64,000 nt of DNA from Haliotis cracherodii (lineage: Eukaryota): positions 868,001 through 932,000 of the forward strand of contig NW_027266285.1 in assembly GCF_022045235.1 (NCBI RefSeq). Reading direction: 5' to 3'. Every line of letters starts with the position of its first letter. Position 1 is the stretch's first letter. The notes below the pieces were generated by a model. The model ran no database searches, was not told where the DNA came from, and saw only the letters and a list, made by a program, of their open reading frames with translations. The position numbers and the translations under genes were made by a program. This document shows positions 1-12,704 of the stretch, one piece after another.

Positions 1-273
1 ATAGTTGTATTGTGATGGTTCCGAGACTGTGGAAGACAATTACCTTAATTCTCTCAGCTAAAGTTGCCAGACAGTCAAAATGAAGAACGTGTAACCCGAA
101 TCAGCATGAAGTTATTATTTTGTCGATGTATGAATCTTACTAGTTTTACGATTTGTCAAATTCATTGTTAATTACACACGTATTCTGTCTCTTAAAACGA
201 TAGATAGGAATGTAATAATCTCTTTGTAAAAGCTACCCTTTATTTGAAGTGAAAAAGCAATCTCTTCTATTTG

Positions 274-322
274 GTGTGTGTGTGTGTGTTGATGGGTTGG
301 GGGTTGTGTGTGTGTGTGTGTG
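274..322. repeat. (GT)n microsatellite, interrupted
   Basis: Two GT runs separated by tgatgggttgggggtt. Confidence 0.9.
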
Positions 323-813
323 TCAAGTGGTGAACGCCTTTCCCTCCACGTGAAGCTTTCACTCACTTCTCATTTTCCCAGCTGGAACCACTACGTTTCA
401 TTAAATGCCATCGCGATGGCTATGTAGGGAAAAGATCATGTCTTTCAAAGTGACCTTGTATGTTACTAAATACAGTCATACGATTAGGAAATTTCGCTGG
501 GGAGAAATGTGTTCATAATAAATGAAAGAAAACTGTTTTGAAACGCCACATTGTGTGTTATTTATATATCCACCAGTAATTAATCACGCCAGGAACATAT
601 AGATTCCACTGAGTGATATGATCCACCGTATCACGTAGCGTGTTATTTGAACACAGGATATATTTCACCTGACATTCGTGTCATGGCCATTCTGAAATAC
701 AAGAGATAAAGTTCAGAAGTTGTTTGAAACGACGTTATGCAATTCTGTCTATTGCAGCCTATTATGGTCCAGATGCTGGATGAAGGTTGGCAGTTTCCGA
801 ACCTTGAATCGTT

Positions 814-867
814 GCCCTGGAAGCAGCCCTGGAAGCAGCCCTGGAAGCAGCCCTGGAAGCAGCCCTG
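814..867. repeat. 12-bp tandem repeat (gccctggaagca) x4.5
   Basis: Units read directly at 814, 826, 838, 850 and partial 862. Confidence 0.9.
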
Positions 868-880
868 AAACCGTAGTGAA

Positions 881-1145
881 ACATCACCTTTGACTTGGAA
901 TCCTTTGACACTGGTCAGTCAATGACAAGCACACATCACCTTTGACTTGGAATCCTTTGACACTGGTCAATCAATGACAAGCACACATCACCTTTGACTT
1001 GGAATCCTTTGACACTGGTCAGTCAATGACTAGCACACATCACCTTTGACTTGGAATCCTTTGACACTGGTCAATCAATGACAAGCACACATCACCTTTG
1101 ACTTGGAATCCTTTGAGACAGGTCAGTCAATGACAAGCACACATC
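881..1145. repeat. 52-bp minisatellite x5
   Basis: acatcacctttgacttggaatcctttgacactggtcagtcaatgacaagcac recurs at 881, 933, 985, 1037, 1089. Confidence 0.95.
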
Positions 1146-2227
1146 TTTCGCTGAACATGTATATATAAAGTACCATGCGCCATTTAACAAAATCAGCCAT
1201 TCAGGTAACAGTATTTTCATAGTTATAATTTCAACAGGCATATAATGGGTTAATGGCTTTGAACATAACCATAAGATTTCGCATAAATTGAACACATGGT
1301 AGGTAAAAACGTGTACATTTATATTACTCTAGTAAACATAAACCTACCTTGCTGCGTCAAAACTCCGGGCCGGGAACTATGTCAAACTATTTTGACGCAT
1401 TAGACATCCGTCCTAATTAAAGCTGTTTATCAAACAATGCTTTTGACAATGTGTTTGGTTTACACATCCAAATTTTGTTTGTCAGACATGACCTTTGTCA
1501 CGTATTTGACGAAATCCAATCAAATAGAAAAATAATTTAATTACGTTTACGAAGCATTTATATTTTGGGCACTCATTATACAAATAATGCATGCTGCCTT
1601 GCTCTACAGGGTTAGAAGCTAACAGTTTTTGTCCACTAGTTCTTATAATGATAACATATAGCAAAACCCTTAAAATGGACCAATTTCTACTAGTCCTTAT
1701 GATACCTTTACTATTGGGCAGTTTGGAAAGGACTACAGGACAAGTGCCAATTTCTAACGCTGCTCTAGCAGACCTTGAAAACATATGAAAGCTGTGACAT
1801 CACAATGTTACACCGTCAACATTTTGAAACATTGTTTACAACTTTTGTAATGAGCGAATGTCATTCGCAGTGCATTTGCCATTAGACTTGAGAAGAAAAT
1901 GCGAGATATGTACTGATTAAAGTTTATTATGATAATTATTGATTGAAAATTACTTTGAACCCTCAGAGATTGGAGCGGATAGTCTCACGGTTTGGGCAAC
2001 TGACCTTGGCCATTGGTGACCTATACATTTGTACTTAGATTACCATAAACTAAATCATGTTATCGAGGTGACGAAAGTTTTTACGATTATTTATAAATGT
2101 TTCGGTGTTTTGCCTTCCCTGGCTGGGAATCTATGCCAGACACATTTCCAAGTAAATATGGGATGTGTATCAAGGTATATCAACTCGGGTAAAAGCAGGT
2201 CTCTCTATTGCTTGTTTTCCTGACTTG

Positions 2228-2361
2228 TCTTCCTGGTCATCGTACGACGTTAGACATTGCTCACAATACTAACCAATGATTGGTCGACCCGACTCGATTA
2301 TATACAAACCGCCGTGATATAGCTGGGAGACTTCTGACTGAGCTGTTCGACAACAAACAAA
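2228..2361 (+). mobile_element. Degenerate 3' fragment of SINE family A
   Basis: gactcgattatatacaaaccgccgtgatatagctgg...caacaaacaaa resembles the copies at 6596-6846 and 7570-7711. Confidence 0.6.
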
Positions 2362-3395
2362 GAGACATTAAGTAAGAAGAAATCCGTAATGCACGTAGTT
2401 AGTCGATGGTTGCGGTGGCAGTAAAATTCAGACAAACATATGACACATTCGTGTTAAGTGTAACTAGCACTGCACATCGGGTGTTAATACAGACATTAAT
2501 GAGCACACGATATCGACCACCTCAAACATGACCACATTGTTACCATTAGAAAAACTATGGTTACCGTGTTATCAATCTTTATGGTCTTTCAAGTAACAAA
2601 GTGAACCTGTCCCTGAGAACCCGCCGCTCCAACATATACCACATGCTTGATAAAACAGGGCGCGAATGACCGCCACGGTCGCGTAAGAGGGGACGTATGT
2701 TTTGACAAATAGAATGTACGTGTAAATAACCATGGTCACGAATGTTTTCATTTCGCCAAGTAGTGTACTTTAAATGCAGAAACAAATCCAGTTTTATACA
2801 GTATATGATTGTGTGTTGAATCAAGTCGTCATGTACGGACAGAATCAATTACCAGAACAACAGGAGCGTTATCCCGTCGCCAGAACGAGACGCCCAACTA
2901 TCTGACACGATGTGATCCGGTGACCGGGGGCCATCAGACCTGACATTGGGTCCTCTTCCGGCTTCAGGACAGGGTCGTCGTGTATCAGTAGCTTTCCTTG
3001 TCCGACGATTGTTTAATGTGTAATCCTAGTCGTTTACAGCATCGGACTGTATAAATATAGCCAACTAAATCGTTCCGACACTGACTGTCCACGTGATATT
3101 TGTATGTCGCTACACAGCTTTAGGCATTGCTTGGAAAATGTGTTCAATACAACATTTTTATAGTTGTACACCACTGGTTTAATGTTTAAACCGACACGTG
3201 CGAAGATACTGGTAGAAGACTGCGTGATGGCAGCAACGGGAGACGTTCGGTGTAGCAGCTGGGTAGGCACGTGCTCTGTGGCATTAGGTCTATTAGGTTT
3301 TATCAGGCACTTGGAGCAGCATGGCAAGAAGATGGTGAAGATGAGGCTAGTCTTCCCTTCATGACTGCATGGGGAGATGGTGAAGATGATGGTAA

Positions 3396-5900
3396 ACCAC
3401 TATTGCAACTACCACCACCACATCCAATACTGCAACTACCACCACCACCGTCATTACTGCAACTACCACCACCACCACCACCACCACTACCACTACTGCA
3501 ACCACCACCACTAGCACACTGCAACTGCTACCACCACCACCACCACCACCATGACCACTGCTGCAACTACCACCAGCAACACCACAACTGCAACTACCAC
3601 CACTACCACTACTGCAACTACCACCATGACCACTACCACCACCACTACTGCAACTACCACCACTACCACTACTGCAACTACCACCACTACCACTACTGCA
3701 ACAACCACCATGACCACTACTGCTGCAACTACCACCATGGCAACTACTGCAACTACCACGACAACTACTGCAACTACCACCACTACCACTACTGCAACTG
3801 CCACCATGACCACTACTGCAACTACCACCACTACCACTGCTGCAACTACCACCATGACCACTGCTGCAACTACCACCATGACCACTACTGCAACTACCAC
3901 CATGACTACTTCTGCAACTACCACCACTACCACTGCTGCAACTACCACCATGACCACTACTGCAACTACCACCATGACCACTACTGCAACTACCACCATG
4001 ACCACTACTGCAACTACCACCACTACCGCTACTGCAACTACCACCATGACCACTACTGCAACTACCACCACTACCGCTACTGCAACTACCACCATGACCA
4101 CTACTGCAACTACCACCTCAACCACTACTGCAACTACCACCATGACCACTACTGCAACTACCACCATGACTACTTCTGCAACTACCACCACTACCACTGC
4201 TGAAACTACCACCATGACCACTACTGCAACTACCACCGTGACCACTACTGCAACTACCACCACTACCGCTACTGCAACTACCACCATGACCACCATGACA
4301 ACTACCACGACTACCGCTACTGCAACTACCACCATGACCACTACTGCAACTACCACCACTACCGCTACTGCAACTACCACCATGACAACTACTGCAACTA
4401 CCACCATGACCACTACCGCAACTACAACCATGACCACTACTGCAACTACCACCATGACAACTACCACCACTACCGCTACTGCAACTACCACCATGACCAC
4501 TACTGCAACTACCACCTCAACCACTACTGCAACTACCACCATGACCACTACTGCAACTACCACCTCAACCACTACTGCAACTACCACCATGACCAGTACT
4601 GCAACTACCACCATGACCACTACTGCAACTACCAACATGACAACTACCACCACTACCGCTACTGCAACTACCACCATGACAACTACCACCGCTACCGCTA
4701 CTGCAACTACCACCATGACCAATACTGCAACTACCACCTCAACCACTACTGCAACTACCACCATGACAACTACCACGACTACCGCTACTGCAACTACCAC
4801 CATGACCACTACTGCAACTACCACCATGACCACTACTGCAACTACCACCACTACCGCTACTGCAACTACCACCATGACCACCATGACAACTACCACGACT
4901 ACCGCTACTGCATCTACCACCATGACCACTACTGCAACTACCACCACTACCGCTACTGCAACTACCACCATGACCACTACTGCAACTACCACCATGACCA
5001 CTACCGCAACTACAACCATGACCACTACCACAACTACCACCATGACCACTACCGCAACTACAACCATGACCACTACTGCAACTATCACCATGGCCACCAC
5101 TGCAACTACCTCCACTGCAACTACCATCATGACCACTATTGCAACTACCACCATGGCCACATCTTCCCGAGGCAAGAGAGTTAACTGACTATAAAAGTCC
5201 AGTTTCCACCCATACCATGCTAGAATTCCTGGGCTCGATCGTAGCGCCACCAGTGGCTATTACGAGTTGTGTCCCTTCTGTGCCTCTCCTATGGACCAAT
5301 CAGATTCCACCTCTCGTATCACTTGCATTTGCTTCAAACAAAACGGCGGCGCCCAGTCAAGACGATCTGATCGATAATCAAGATCTATATATTGTGATAA
5401 AACGAGTCTTACATCGCGAAGTGCGTCAAATAAAGTGAGCACCTTGATTAAAATCATGAAAAGATTTAGAAAATATCTGTTGACAACGAGTTAGCGGTGC
5501 ACATGTTTTGCAAATCCTGCAATCGACCGAAATCTGCATGACTGACTATACGAACCGGATTTCGATTTCGGAGCACAACTTTGATTGGACTATGCATAGA
5601 CTAGTTAGTCCAGCCAAAATGTAACTCTATAATACCAGCCTAGTTCGGCAAGGGTGGAAACTGGACTTTTATAGTCAGTTAACTCACTTGCCTCGGGAAG
5701 ATGACATGACCACTACTGCAACTGTAACTATAACCCCCTACTGTAACTACCACTACTGCAACTACCACCATGGCGACTACTGTTACTACCACCATGACCA
5801 CTACTGCAACTACCACAATAGCAACAACTGCAACTGCAACTATAACACCTACTGTAACTACTACTATAACCACAACTGCTTGTGTTGCTTGCAATAATAA
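3396..5900. repeat. Cryptic ACY-triplet array (core 24-mer actaccaccatgaccactactgca); reads as poly-Thr (mucin-like) in one frame; split by a MITE
   Basis: ORFs 3551..5188 (Thr), 3271..4203 (His/Tyr/Cys) and 3511..5250 (Val) all come from the same repeat; array resumes after 5704. Confidence 0.9.
5160..5703. mobile_element. MITE-like element with 52-bp terminal inverted repeats
   Basis: 5160-5211 catcttcccgaggcaagagagttaactgactataaaagtccagtttccaccc is the reverse complement of 5652-5703 (1 mismatch); no coding capacity. Confidence 0.85.
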
Positions 5901-6263
5901 TACCACCACGTCAACTATACTGCTAGTATTGCAACTTTTCTCGAAATTCAAACAAGGAATAAGTCTACGATCAATATGGTCCATGCACACATGTTGCCAG
6001 TGATCAATTCAGTTCTCTTCCTTTACAAAGCAGCTCAATTTACAAGCCTTTGTTGTTGGAAAAGTTGTAACAGCAGTGTTCGTTAGTCACGATCTCATTG
6101 TCGCGCCATAGATTTCCGAATAACCTGTGGATTGTACGCGCGTGAACTTGACACTATCCGTCTCATATTGGAGAATCTGGCACATATTTAACTGCCTCTA
6201 CCTCAAAACTGGCCTGGTTTTATTGAATTATATTTGTCCTACTCATGCACTTTCAAGAAAATT

Positions 6264-6428
6264 AAGGAGCTGTCGAGTAGCCTATAGTTGTTAAAGCGTT
6301 CGCTCGTCACGCCGAAGACCAGGGTTCGATTCCCGACATGGGTACAATGTGTGAAGCCCATTTCTGGTGTCCCCCGCCGTGATATTCCTGGAATATTGCT
6401 AAAAGCAGCGTAAACCCTTACTCACTCA
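6264..6428 (+). mobile_element. tRNA-derived SINE (family B), full length
   Basis: A-box-like tagcctatagttg, B-box ggttcgattcc, (actc)n tail, flanking duplication tcaagaaaatt at 6253-6263 and 6426-6436. Confidence 0.88.
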
Positions 6429-6595
6429 AGAAAATTGATAGCTTGCTATGTGACCTGAGTGGAAATGAGACAAGAGGAAATATAAAAACAATATATATTC
6501 AGTGCCAAAAAGTAGGGGATAGTGGGAATCAAGACATATCTTCTGATCTATAAGGTATTGACAAATGGAAATATTATGATCATATCTGCTGGGAA

Positions 6596-6846
6596 GTTTG
6601 TTTGTTGTTTAACGCCGCACTTAACAATATTCCAGCTATATTACGGCGGTCTGTAAATAATTGAGTCTGGACCCCACAATCCAGTGATTGACATCATAAG
6701 CATCGGTCCACGCAATTGGGATACGATGGCATGCATCAACCAAGTCAGCGAGCCTGACCATCCGATCCCGTTAGTCGCCTCATACGACAAGAACAGTCGC
6801 CCTTTGGGTTGCTGAAGACCTATTCTACCCCTGATCTTCACGGGTC
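6596..6846 (-). mobile_element. SINE family A (non-tRNA structured head, (aaac)n tail)
   Basis: Related copies at 8231, 36568, 38052, 40438, 43464; ends in gcggcgttaaacaacaaacaaac. Confidence 0.85.
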
Positions 6847-6919
6847 GATCAGATGTAATGGATTCTAAGGGTTGGTGTGATGAGATCGTGGTGCTCTAGC
6901 TTGCTAAAGAGGTCGGGGG

Positions 6920-8200
6920 TACAAAATGTGCGAAATGTGCATTTTGCAGCCCACGTCACTAATATCTCGTAAAACCCCCTCTGTTAGCCAGACATGCACG
7001 ATTTCTTCGAGGTATGCCTCTAATAAGTCGACCAATGTCAGCTTGACTCATGTTGTTCCACTCATAAGTGAAAGCAACGCCGAGTTCATTGAAAGTAGTG
7101 GAGGGAGTTTGACGTTGACGTATATACGTCTGCCAATGACGTCCCAGACGCGTTCAGTGAAGGAAAAGCTCAGGACTGAGTGCTGATCATGGTATGACAT
7201 GAATGTTTTGTTGTTGGGGGAATTGGGTCACAATCCTGGCAAGATGAGCACGTCCATTACCATTTTGAAAGTTTGTGCAAATGGCTCCACGTGTGGTGTG
7301 ATGATGTTGTCCCGATAGTATTGACCTGTTACCCTGTCGTGGCCAATATGGAGCGCATTTCGGCCAGTCATTGTGATACCACCTCATGCCATTATGACCT
7401 AAACTGTTCATGCTGTACGACGTTAACGTCCATAAAACGGCCATTTGTAGGAGCATGGATGTCGAGAGTGAACATCGATCGTTGGAAACATGACATTAGC
7501 CCAACGTCGATTATCCAAGTGCTGTACATCGTGAACGCAAATGTCATCTGTGAAGACGATTTCGCACCGTCTGGGCATGGACTCGTATCCCAACTGCGTG
7601 GATCGATGCTCATGACGTCAATCACTGGATTGTCTGGTCCATACTCGATTCCTTTCAAACCGCCGTCATATAGCTGTAATAATGCTGAGTGCGGCGTAAA
7701 CAACAAACAAACATCTCACACCAGTTGCCTCTTACAACTGGTCCCTCACCTTAGTGGCAGTTTGCAACCGATTTCTTAATACCATCATTCTGACGAATCT
7801 GTCCTGGGCTGGAGTTTTTGCCCCTGGGCGTCGGTTTACAATCGAGTCTGAGTGACAATGGTAAATCTGGCATACCACCCCATTGCACGTGCTGTCCGAG
7901 GTCACGGAAGCTTTATTTCTTCGGAAATGTTCTGCACAAATCACTTACTTTCATTGCCAGACATTGGTGTATTTTCCTGTAGTCTCACCTCAAAACGAAA
8001 TAAGCCTAACTATTTTTGCATGGTATATATCAATAGATTTATGTATAAATAAAGAAGGTATTTGTAGCATGAATACAAGGATGTATAAGAGATTTGTTGT
8101 TATTAATTTCACATGATTTACAACAGTTGTAACTAATACAAGATCTCTCAAACTCGGGATACAAATGTGCAAGCGCTTTCGTCACGCCACTCTCAATCGG
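6920..8200 (-). mobile_element. Degenerate Tc1-like transposon remnant, interrupted by a SINE A fragment at ~7570-7711
   Basis: Minus-strand peptides FQNGNGRAHLARIVTQFPQQQNIHVIP (cf. FQQDNARPH) and GAKTPAQDRFVRMMVLRNRLQTAT (Tc1 HTH region); boundaries approximate. Confidence 0.75.
7570..7711 (+). mobile_element. SINE family A 3' fragment nested in Tc1 remnant
   Basis: cgtatcccaactgcgtggatcgatgctcatgacgtcaatcactggattgtctggtcc...gcggcgtaaacaacaaacaaa. Confidence 0.8.
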
Positions 8201-8409
8201 ATGTTAAAGCACATCACTTTATTCTATTCACCTATTCTACCCCGGATCTTCACGGGTCCAATCGCGGATGCATTCATTATACACCCGTGTTTAAACATAA
8301 TAACGGAAACATGTAACTTCATACAGTTATGTTAATGTTATGTTATTAAAGATAACAACATAATATTTGGTCATTCGCGTGAACGATGTTTTATAACAAA
8401 TTCTTACCC

Positions 8410-9417
8410 CATACCTGGTAACAGGGGGAGAGGTCTGGAGAAACTGTCTCAAAAACGTCTGTTAGAATACAACACGTGCAATATGTGGGCAGCCTTTGCA
8501 CAAAGGGAAGAACATGATCTCGAACGATGTCGTCCCGGTAGCCCACCCCATTCTAATTGCCATTAACAATGAGAGTTGTGTTGCCCCACCTAATGGTATG
8601 CCACCTCATACCATTTCAGCTCCACCCCAAAACTGACGACGTTCAGTAACGCAAGCGTCGCTAAAATGTTCTGGGCGCCTGTAAAGTCTGGCACGACAAC
8701 CGGAGCTGTCCAAAGGAAATATGGACTCATCTGTGAACGTTATACTGTCCCAGTCTTGTCTTCTGAACCTCAGATGCTGTCGACACCAAACTCGGCATGT
8801 TTGACGGTGGCGTGGTAGCAAAAATGGACCTATCGCTGGACGTCGGGGCCCGGTGTTGTGCTCCCTCAACCGGCTGCGTTAGATTATGCCACCAATTCTC
8901 CACCCAGGAATAGTCCGAGCCAGTAATGTGGCAGTTTGGCATCGGTTCCGTAGATGCACCAACCGAAGATTGTTGTCTTGTTGACGTGAAGTCACACGTG
9001 GACGACCGACCCGTGGCAAGTCATGGGTGTTGCCCTGCTGTGTACACACAACGTCTCCAAAGAGATTATATTGTGGTGTCGATGAACATAAATGTCGGGC
9101 AACTTCGTTTAACGCCCTTCCTGTTTGCAGCACTCCTACGGTGTTGAGTTTTTTTAGTTTGTTTTTTTAGCACCTTATAGCTAAACAATCATTGTGTACT
9201 GTTCGCATTAAAACAAAACACGCGAGTATCATGCTCCCAACAAACACGCAAAAGTCCAATTTGTGTGCGTATATTAACATGCACATGCAAATTGTGAATA
9301 ACGACTTTATAGTCGAGATGTCTTAATGAATATGTATTTAAAAGATGCGTTTATTCAATTTCATGACATGTTTTTATTGAACTTTACATGAAACAAAGTT
9401 ACTTGTTTCCGTTAGTA
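8410..9417 (-). mobile_element. Degenerate Tc1-like transposon remnant
   Basis: Peptides GRPRVTSRQQDNNLRLVHLRNR and DWDSITFTDESIF (first catalytic D); TA-flanked terminus tactaacggaaac at 9417. Confidence 0.8.
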
Positions 9418-9844
9418 TATATATAACACTTTACTTACATGCATGCGCCTTGTAACGATAATCGTGTAGAGCGTGAACATATCTTGGCTTGGCTTATAAA
9501 ATGTGGTTTCAACGGAAACTACATAATTGAGAACCATCACTTTGTTTTTTGTCGTGATCGACAGAGTCATTTTCAACACAGAATCGTTTATTCAATGACA
9601 CAATTCTTTTGAATCTTATGGAGCTTTTTTGAAGCTTTTACAGACGCTTGGCAAAATTCGTATCGGGAAGGGAACTGAAACGACATTGCGTTACGTGCAA
9701 TAAAAAGCCATTCTAATTGTAGCACAACCATAACTAGCTGATACGCTGTGGTGGAATTAAATTCATAGTGTTCATTGTGGCGTCAACTTGATCTATGACT
9801 CGAAAATATATTGAAGGCGTCAATGTTTGTGTTGATATAGATTG

Positions 9845-9930
9845 CGTAAGACGCATGCGCAGATACTGATGTCACGCGTGCTGCACGTGCAACAAGCAGA
9901 AGGCAGCTGACATGGACGCCATAGGTAAAC
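9845..9930 (+). promoter_or_regulatory. Putative promoter and first exon with splice donor
   Basis: CpG-rich patch with NRF1-like cgcatgcgca and E-box cacgtg, then atggacgccatag|gtaaac (intron would start at 9925). Confidence 0.4.
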
Positions 9931-11374
9931 TCTAAACGTTTGCGTTCGAATGAAAAAAAAACCCACACACCTAATTAATGCGTTTGTTCAAATATTGTGA
10001 AGATTGTAGGTATTGTGTGTTTGCAGCTATTGCAGAGACTGACGACATAAAACTTTTGGCGTTTTTTTAGTCTATAGTAGGTCTGTCGGGCTGTGCAATT
10101 TGTAGATTTCCACAAACACAAATAATGAGATCGTACGTAAATCAGTGTATTTCTTTACATCAACATTCTTTAAATGTTGGTGTCAAACTCTCAACAGCTG
10201 CTGATTATCAAATGATTCACAGAAGGACTCGATCCCAATATCCCCATGCTTGCGAGTCGACCAATGAGTATCGGGTGGTCACAGTCTGGTATCTGGCTGT
10301 TTGTGTCATGGCTCCAGTGCTTGGATCGTTGTTCATGCTGTCGAACAAAGGTTTGTCTCACCAAGACTCAATGACTGACTTGCGCTATGACGAACCTGGA
10401 ACATTTTGGCCTAAAAGAATGTTCACTCATTCTTATCATAAAAGTGTATGCACTATATGCATATGGTTGTGGCATTAAATCACATCTATCATCTGTTCTT
10501 AGTTGCTCTAAAATTGTAGTTCTATTGTTCATTTATAACAAACATTTGGTGGTTACTAATGGTTAGGAGAGAAATATCAATAATGTTGGATTCTGGTAAC
10601 GGCAGTCCCTACATATTTATGATTTCACAGCTCCTGTACTTATATGCTTAATTAGTTGTAGATACACGTTATTGATGCAGGTTATTGAATGAGTGAGAAA
10701 ATTGCAATGTGAAGACTTCCCACTAGGCCTCCCCATCTTCATGATATATTTTAGTTGAAGCCAATGTCATTCCATGAAGAGTTGTCTCCCTTTGACTGTT
10801 ATCATGGTCAGTTAATTCACAAGATCAGTTCTATTATTTTTTGTAAAAATGAAGTTGACTCCCTTCAGTAGAGCAAACGGGGAGACAATGAAGATAAGCA
10901 TAGCACTGTACAAGTTGTCACCACAACTGATGACTGTAAGTATATGCCACCCTGGCCTTAAGTTGTAGCTGTCATCTACATACAAACCTTGTACATTCTT
11001 TACCACCCTTAACTTAAAAAAACCTATGAATGACTAAAAAATTTCTGGTTGTCAAATTAGGAGAAAAACCTTCCGCTACTGTGTCTTGAAATTTGAAGTA
11101 GTCCCACTGTATACCTCTTATTTCATTTTGAAACCAAGCACTTCAGCGAGCATCACAAGTCTCACAATTCTCCATCCCACAATGTTTCGTGCGCCATGGC
11201 CGTCTCGTCACAGAGTGTATAACAATAGACATCGATCTCCCCAGGCTTATCAATCTGATGAGCACCAAATTTGATATTTAGGAGGAGACCTCATTGTGGC
11301 ACTCCCGGGACCAGTGAGGGCTGCGACATGGTTCATTGACACATGATTTTGGCACTACCGGTACCAGGCAAATA

Positions 11375-12704
11375 TACTCAACAACAAACGTTCCTGTGAC
11401 AACCAATATTTTAGTATAATTTTCAAACAAGTAAAGTTTGGTTTTAATATTGCAGTACATGTATGGAATCAAGTCACAAAAACGCAACTGCTACAGAAAA
11501 CCATGCATTCCATGCAAAGGTTGACTTTTATGCAAGCCCCATGCATTTCTCTACCCAAGAATGGCTATAAAAACATGTGCGTTAACTGGATTCCATATGC
11601 ATTGTTTAGCATCGTGCTGACAACAACCACTCAGAAAAACAACACAATTACGCAATTATTCAACATTATGAAATGCCACGCCTGTCCGAAAATGAGCGTC
11701 TGCGAGCCATTGGTATGCGTGAAGCAGGATCGAGTCAACGTGATGTTGCTAGACAATTTAACGTCTACAGAAACACCATTTGATGTTGATGGCAATGTTG
11801 GCAACATACGAATGCAGTCAGAGACCATCCTCGGAGTGGCAGGCCATGCGTAACCAATAATCGACAAGACAACTAGATTCGAACAACACACCTACGAAAT
11901 AGATTCCAGCCAGCAACAGTGACTGCAAGACGCGTCCCTGGCCTTCGACGAACATCATCACAAACCGTTAAAAAAATTCACTGACGAGTCTCGTTTTCAC
12001 CTCAGCCACAGCGATGGACGGATTTGAGTGTACCGACGTCGAGGTGAATGTTACGTCAATCATTGTGTCATGGAAGAAGATCGGTTCGGGGGCGGCAGTG
12101 TTATGGCATGGGGTGGGATTACAGCAAGACAGAGGACCCGTTTGATAGTGGTAGAGGAAATCTCAATGGACAGCGCTACCGCGACGAGATCATCGACCCT
12201 GTTGTTCTACCGTTTTTGCGTCGTCATGGCCCAGGCATTGCCTTCCAATATGACAATGCCCGGCCTCATATTGCTCGACTTGTTCAGGATTCTCTTCAAC
12301 AAAACAACGTGAATGTCATCCCCTGGCCGGCTCGCTCCCCTGATCTCTCACCAATCGAGCACATGTGGGATGAGATGGATCGGCGCCTTCGACGTCAACC
12401 ACGTGTTCCACAGACACTCCAGGAACTTCGAAACATGCTTCAGCAGATATGGACAGATATCCCACAGGACTTTGTGTGACGCCTGGTCCATTCCATGAGA
12501 CGAAGATGTGTTGCTTGCATTGCAACCAGAGGTGGACACACGCTATTGATTTGTAAATTTTGAAGTCAGTATGGCAAATTAAACCATTTGAACACTTACA
12601 GGAGTCATTTATCTTTTGCAAACCGAAATTGTTTCAGATTTGGTAAAAAACATAACTCTGCATTAAATCTTATTCAATGTCACAGGAACTTTTGTTGTTC
12701 AATA
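11375..12704 (+). mobile_element. Tc1 (DD34E) DNA transposon with both TIRs and TA target duplication; internally deleted
   Basis: TA|tactcaacaacaaacgttcctgtgaca ... tgtcacaggaacttttgttgttcaata|TA; transposase motifs MPRLSENERLRAIGM, FTDESRF, FQYDNARPH-x-SPDLSPIEHMW (34 residues between D and E). Confidence 0.92.
11673..12549 (+). pseudogene. Tc1 transposase pseudogene (frameshifts, stops, deletion)
   Basis: Motifs are spread across frames (ORFs 12028..12312 and 12048..12479). Confidence 0.88.

Noticed and set aside
40-3020. Minus-strand microexon gene (candidate exons near 45-58, 368-420, 669-690, 1349-1410, 2852-3020)
   Set aside because: Splice-like signals exist but no consistent open chain could be built; the 1.35-kb piece has stops in all frames
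3511-5250. 579-aa poly-Val ORF
   Set aside because: Antisense reading of the ACY triplet array
5242-5258. CTCF-like site tagcgccaccagtggc inside the MITE
   Set aside because: One base short of the consensus core spacing
6264-6345. Functional tRNA gene (also 29090-29165)
   Set aside because: Broken cloverleaf, followed by SINE body, tail and TSD
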